From an uncultured Candidatus Bathyarchaeia archaeon (lineage in GTDB: Archaea; Thermoproteota; Bathyarchaeia; TCS64), in assembly GCA_964347405.1 (NCBI GenBank), contig CAYFYM010000069.1, forward strand, positions 1-36,294: a stretch of 36,294 nt of DNA. Reading direction: 5' to 3'. Below are positions 33,174 to 36,294 of this stretch, in pieces. The translations under genes were made by a program, and so were the position numbers. The notes beneath the pieces were generated by a model. That model was not told the origin of the DNA. It made no database searches and was given only the letters and a program-made list of their open reading frames with translations. Positions within the stretch are counted from its first letter, which is position 1. Each line of letters opens with the position of its first letter.

Positions 33174-33358
33174 GGGACATATATCGTTTAAATTTCCTTT
33201 TTTATTTTTTTTCAAAACCATTGTATGGATTGGGCATTGAAATTCTTTGTCTCTGGGTTGTCATTTATAATAGATCAATGTAAAAATGGTTTTCGCGTTT
33301 GTGTAACTTAGTAATTTTTAAAAATTATTGTTACGCCAATGCTTTGGGTTCATGTTTA

Positions 33359-36055
33359 ATGCTAGAGACTAGAGAAAAAAAATATTATAATCTGTCAATA
33401 GAAGAGACTTTAAAAAGTTTAAATACAAATGAAAGCGGTATTTCACAAACTGAAGCAGAATCACGTCTTAGGAAATATGGTTTAAATGAGATTGTCGAGA
33501 AGGAACATATATCTCCATTCGAGATATTTATCAATCAGTTCAAGAGCATATTAATTCTTATTCTCCTATTAGCGGCAGGAGTATCAGGTTTTATTCTTAA
33601 AGAATACACAGATATGATCGTAATACTGGTTATTGTTGTTCTTAACTCAATTATTGGCTTCGTGCAAGAATACAGAGCAGAAAAAGCTGTAGAAGCATTA
33701 AAGAAAATAGTATCACCCAACTCAAGGGTACAAAGAGGAGGAGAAGTAAGAGAAATATCTTCTAGCAATCTAGTTTTAGGTGACATTCTGATTATCCAAG
33801 AAGGTGATAGAATTCCAGCGGATGGAAGGCTAATTGAGGTAAACAGTCTGAAAATAGATGAATCACCCCTAACTGGAGAATCTACGTCAATAACCAAGAA
33901 AATAGATGTGATTGAGGGAGAAGTACCTCTAGATCAGAGAAATAACATGGTCTACAAAGGAACCCACGCATCTTATGGACGTGGATTAGCAGTAATCACG
34001 GCTACAGGCATGTCAACTGAGTTTGGAATTATAGCCGAGTTAATCCAATCAATAGGTGAAGAGGATTCACCTCTCAAAAAGAAGACTGAGAAACTGGGAA
34101 AACAACTAGGATTAATGGCATTATTAGGCTGTTTAATAGTTTTTACCGTAAATTATCTTAATGAAATCAGTTTTGTGGAGTCTTTTTTAACGGCAGTCAG
34201 CCTAGCTGTCTCAGCCATCCCGGAGGGGCTCCCATCTGTATTAGTAATTACATTATCCCTCGGAGCACAAAAAATGGCCAGAAAAAACGCAATTATTAGG
34301 AGGTTGAACTCCGTTGAGACCTTAGGCACAACAACCGTAATATGTAGCGACAAGACAGGGACAATAACAAAAAACGAGATGACTGTCAGACAGATACAGA
34401 CTCTTACTCATTGTTTTAATGTTACAGGGGAAGGGTTCACACCAGTAGGTAAATTCATATCGAATAGAGTAGAAATAAAGCCATTAAAAGAACCTCAACT
34501 GGATTTAATTCTGAAAGCTGGTTTATTGTGTAATGACTCATCAATTGTGAGCGATGAAGAAGTTGGACCATATATTATAGGAGATCCTACAGAAGGGGCG
34601 ATGCTTATTGCTGCCATTAAGGCTGGTCTTGTTCCAGAAGATGTGGAAAGTATGCATCGTAGAATATGGGAAGCACCATTTGACTCAATTCGTAAAATGA
34701 TGAGCACGGTAAATAAGACTGGGTCAGGCGCTCGAGTATTCGCAAAAGGAGCCCCCGAGGTAATTATTGCTAAATCGAGTGAATATTATCTTAATGGTTC
34801 GATTCTCGAGTTGAAAGAAGACCGAAAGGAAAAAATTCAATCACAGGTTAGCTCAATGGCTGATAATGCTTTAAGGGTTTTAGCTTTTGCATATAAAGAC
34901 ATTGACTTAGGAGAAGAATATCTTCAAGAAAGTGTTGAATCAAATCTGATTTTCATAGGCTTAATGGGGTTAATGGATCCTCCAAGGGAAGAAGTAACAC
35001 ATGCCATCCTGCAGTGTAAGAGAGCTGGGATACGCCCTGTAATGATTACAGGTGATCATAAGTCAACAGCTGTAGCTGTCGCAAGGGAGGTTGGAATTAT
35101 CTCTGGAGATGACAGCGAAGTTATCACTGGTTCAGACCTTTTTTCTATTTCAGATGAAGAACTGCTAAATAGAGTCGAAAATGTTTCGGTTTACGCCAGA
35201 GTTAGCCCTGAACACAAGGTACGTATAGCCCAAGCTTTACGAGCTAAAGGAAACATTGTCGCCATGACGGGAGATGGAGTAAATGATGCACCCACTATAA
35301 AAGCAGCAGATATTGGCGTAGCGATGGGGATCAAAGGTACCGACGTTACAAAAGAAGCTGCTGACATGATTCTTGCTGATGATAACTTTGCGACAATATT
35401 AAACGCGGTGGAGCAGGGAAGAATAATCTACGATAATATAAGGAAATTCATGCGATTCATGATATCCAGCAACTTTGATGAGATGTTGGTTATAACTATC
35501 TTTGCTTTAGCTGGTCTACCAGTTCCATTTATACCCGTTATGATTCTATGGCTTAACCTCGTCACAGATGGAGGACCTGCGATTGCTCTAAGCATGGATG
35601 TGCCCAAGGATGATCTAATGTCCAAGCCTCCACGTGATCCTAAAGAGGGGGTTCTTCATGGAATGCGTCTATTCATATTGGCCTATGTTGTTCTCCAGTC
35701 AACCACAATGGCTGGTACGTTCTATTGGAAATACGTTGTGCAGGGTGCAACCCTAGAAGTTGCTAGAACCGTTACTTTTATGCAGATATGTATGTTTGAG
35801 ATATTGGTTGTTTGGAATTGTCGTTCTGAGACACAGAGTGTATTTAGGACTGGGTTGGACAATCAGTACCTTTTAGCCTCTACCCTATTGGGAGGATTAC
35901 TAACCATCTCACTTTGTTATGTACCAATATTCCAAAACATCTTCCATACTGTACCTATTTCTATTAGAGATTGGATCTGGGTCTTCAGCACCTCATTATT
36001 AGGATTACTAGTCTTACCTGAGATATTTTTCAGAAAAAAACATAATAAAAAATAA
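33359..36055 (+). CDS. P2-type cation-transporting ATPase (Ca2+/SERCA-PMCA-like)
   Basis: I trimmed the start to ATG 33359 (MLETREKKYYNLSIEETL...). It has an N-terminal cation-ATPase domain, DKTGTITKNEMTV, TGDHKSTA, TGDGVNDAP and 10-TM-type topology. AT-rich codon usage. Confidence 0.88.
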   Translation: MLETREKKYYNLSIEETLKSLNTNESGISQTEAESRLRKYGLNEIVEKEHISPFEIFINQFKSILILILLLAAGVSGFILKEYTDMIVILVIVVLNSIIGFVQEYRAEKAVEALKKIVSPNSRVQRGGEVREISSSNLVLGDILIIQEGDRIPADGRLIEVNSLKIDESPLTGESTSITKKIDVIEGEVPLDQRNNMVYKGTHASYGRGLAVITATGMSTEFGIIAELIQSIGEEDSPLKKKTEKLGKQLGLMALLGCLIVFTVNYLNEISFVESFLTAVSLAVSAIPEGLPSVLVITLSLGAQKMARKNAIIRRLNSVETLGTTTVICSDKTGTITKNEMTVRQIQTLTHCFNVTGEGFTPVGKFISNRVEIKPLKEPQLDLILKAGLLCNDSSIVSDEEVGPYIIGDPTEGAMLIAAIKAGLVPEDVESMHRRIWEAPFDSIRKMMSTVNKTGSGARVFAKGAPEVIIAKSSEYYLNGSILELKEDRKEKIQSQVSSMADNALRVLAFAYKDIDLGEEYLQESVESNLIFIGLMGLMDPPREEVTHAILQCKRAGIRPVMITGDHKSTAVAVAREVGIISGDDSEVITGSDLFSISDEELLNRVENVSVYARVSPEHKVRIAQALRAKGNIVAMTGDGVNDAPTIKAADIGVAMGIKGTDVTKEAADMILADDNFATILNAVEQGRIIYDNIRKFMRFMISSNFDEMLVITIFALAGLPVPFIPVMILWLNLVTDGGPAIALSMDVPKDDLMSKPPRDPKEGVLHGMRLFILAYVVLQSTTMAGTFYWKYVVQGATLEVARTVTFMQICMFEILVVWNCRSETQSVFRTGLDNQYLLASTLLGGLLTISLCYVPIFQNIFHTVPISIRDWIWVFSTSLLGLLVLPEIFFRKKHNKK

Positions 36056-36132
36056 CATTGCGCGCGTACAAAACAAGTTCAATTAATGGAAAAATTTACT
36101 ATAAAAACCAGAAACCCAATTTTTACTATATG

Positions 36133-36146
36133 TGCGCATATGCGCA
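36133..36146. promoter_or_regulatory. perfect 14-bp palindrome TGCGCATATGCGCA in AT-rich intergenic DNA
   Basis: The sequence is its own reverse complement. It lies ~90 nt upstream of a possible GTG-initiated ORF that runs off the window end. Confidence 0.3.
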
Positions 36147-36294
36147 AACATTTTGATCTATATGCTAATAATAGTGCGCGCTAGGCTGTTTAGAAATTAA
36201 TGTGAGCTAACTATATTCAAGATTGGAAAACCAGTGAAGATAAAAAAGGTGCTGAACTCCGTCAATAACAAGCACATCCGCAGACTCCTCAAAG

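Noticed and set aside
30064-36185. CCTAGCGCGC inverted matches as terminal inverted repeats of a mobile element.
   Set aside because: Matches of this length are expected by chance among all position pairs in a 36-kb window. There is no transposase and there are no target-site duplications.
1-36294. CRISPR arrays, rRNA genes, IS elements or transposases.
   Set aside because: I noticed no regularly spaced short direct repeats, no rRNA-like conserved stretches, and no DDE- or tyrosine-recombinase-like ORFs on either strand.
36234-36294. Possible GTG-initiated ORF (VKIKKVLNSVNNKHIRRLLK...) running off the right edge, downstream of the 14-bp palindrome.
   Set aside because: Only 20 codons are visible and the start is uncertain. 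It is suggestive of a small regulator but unsupported.

Overview
This is an archaeal chromosomal window. The evidence is an aIF-1A gene, a PGF-CTERM sorting signal, TATA-type or leaderless gene starts, and oligo-T terminators. The backbone is GC-rich and carries visibly AT-richer insertions.

The left ~8.5 kb holds ordinary mixed-function genes: a creatininase-family hydrolase, a DinB-like protein, DUF1385, a SAM methyltransferase, a Moco-domain oxidoreductase with a small membrane partner, aIF-1A, an ICMT-family methyltransferase, an isochorismatase-like hydrolase, and a DUF4349 protein with an in-frame TAG. It also contains a ~250-nt GC-rich intergenic region that looks like a structured RNA.

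From ~8.6 kb to the right end the window looks accessory. Gene blocks are punctuated by at least eleven minus-strand fragments resembling the 3' half of a tRNA(CAU) (anticodon arm, T-arm, acceptor, CCA). None is an intact tRNA, and I see no integrase. The blocks encode a 5'-nucleotidase, two copies of a 178-aa Cys-rich protein, hydrolases, a GNAT, three PD40/TolB-like surface proteins, and a methyltransferase plus TIGR04076 protein.

The most notable cluster is three pyrrolysine-free MtmB-like methyltransferases with a DxHxxG corrinoid protein and a MetH-activation-domain-like protein. An AT-richer CsoR/RcnR plus P1B-ATPase cassette interrupts this cluster.

From 28.44 kb onward an AT-rich island encodes a translationally coupled pair of Hjc-related nuclease-fold proteins, a tiny membrane protein plus secreted-peptide pair, L-serine dehydratase, an iron-sulfur flavoprotein flanked by ~225-bp direct repeats, and a P2-type cation ATPase.

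I recognised no rRNA, intact tRNA, CRISPR array or transposase. All family calls come from motif recognition by eye and need HMM or BLAST confirmation.
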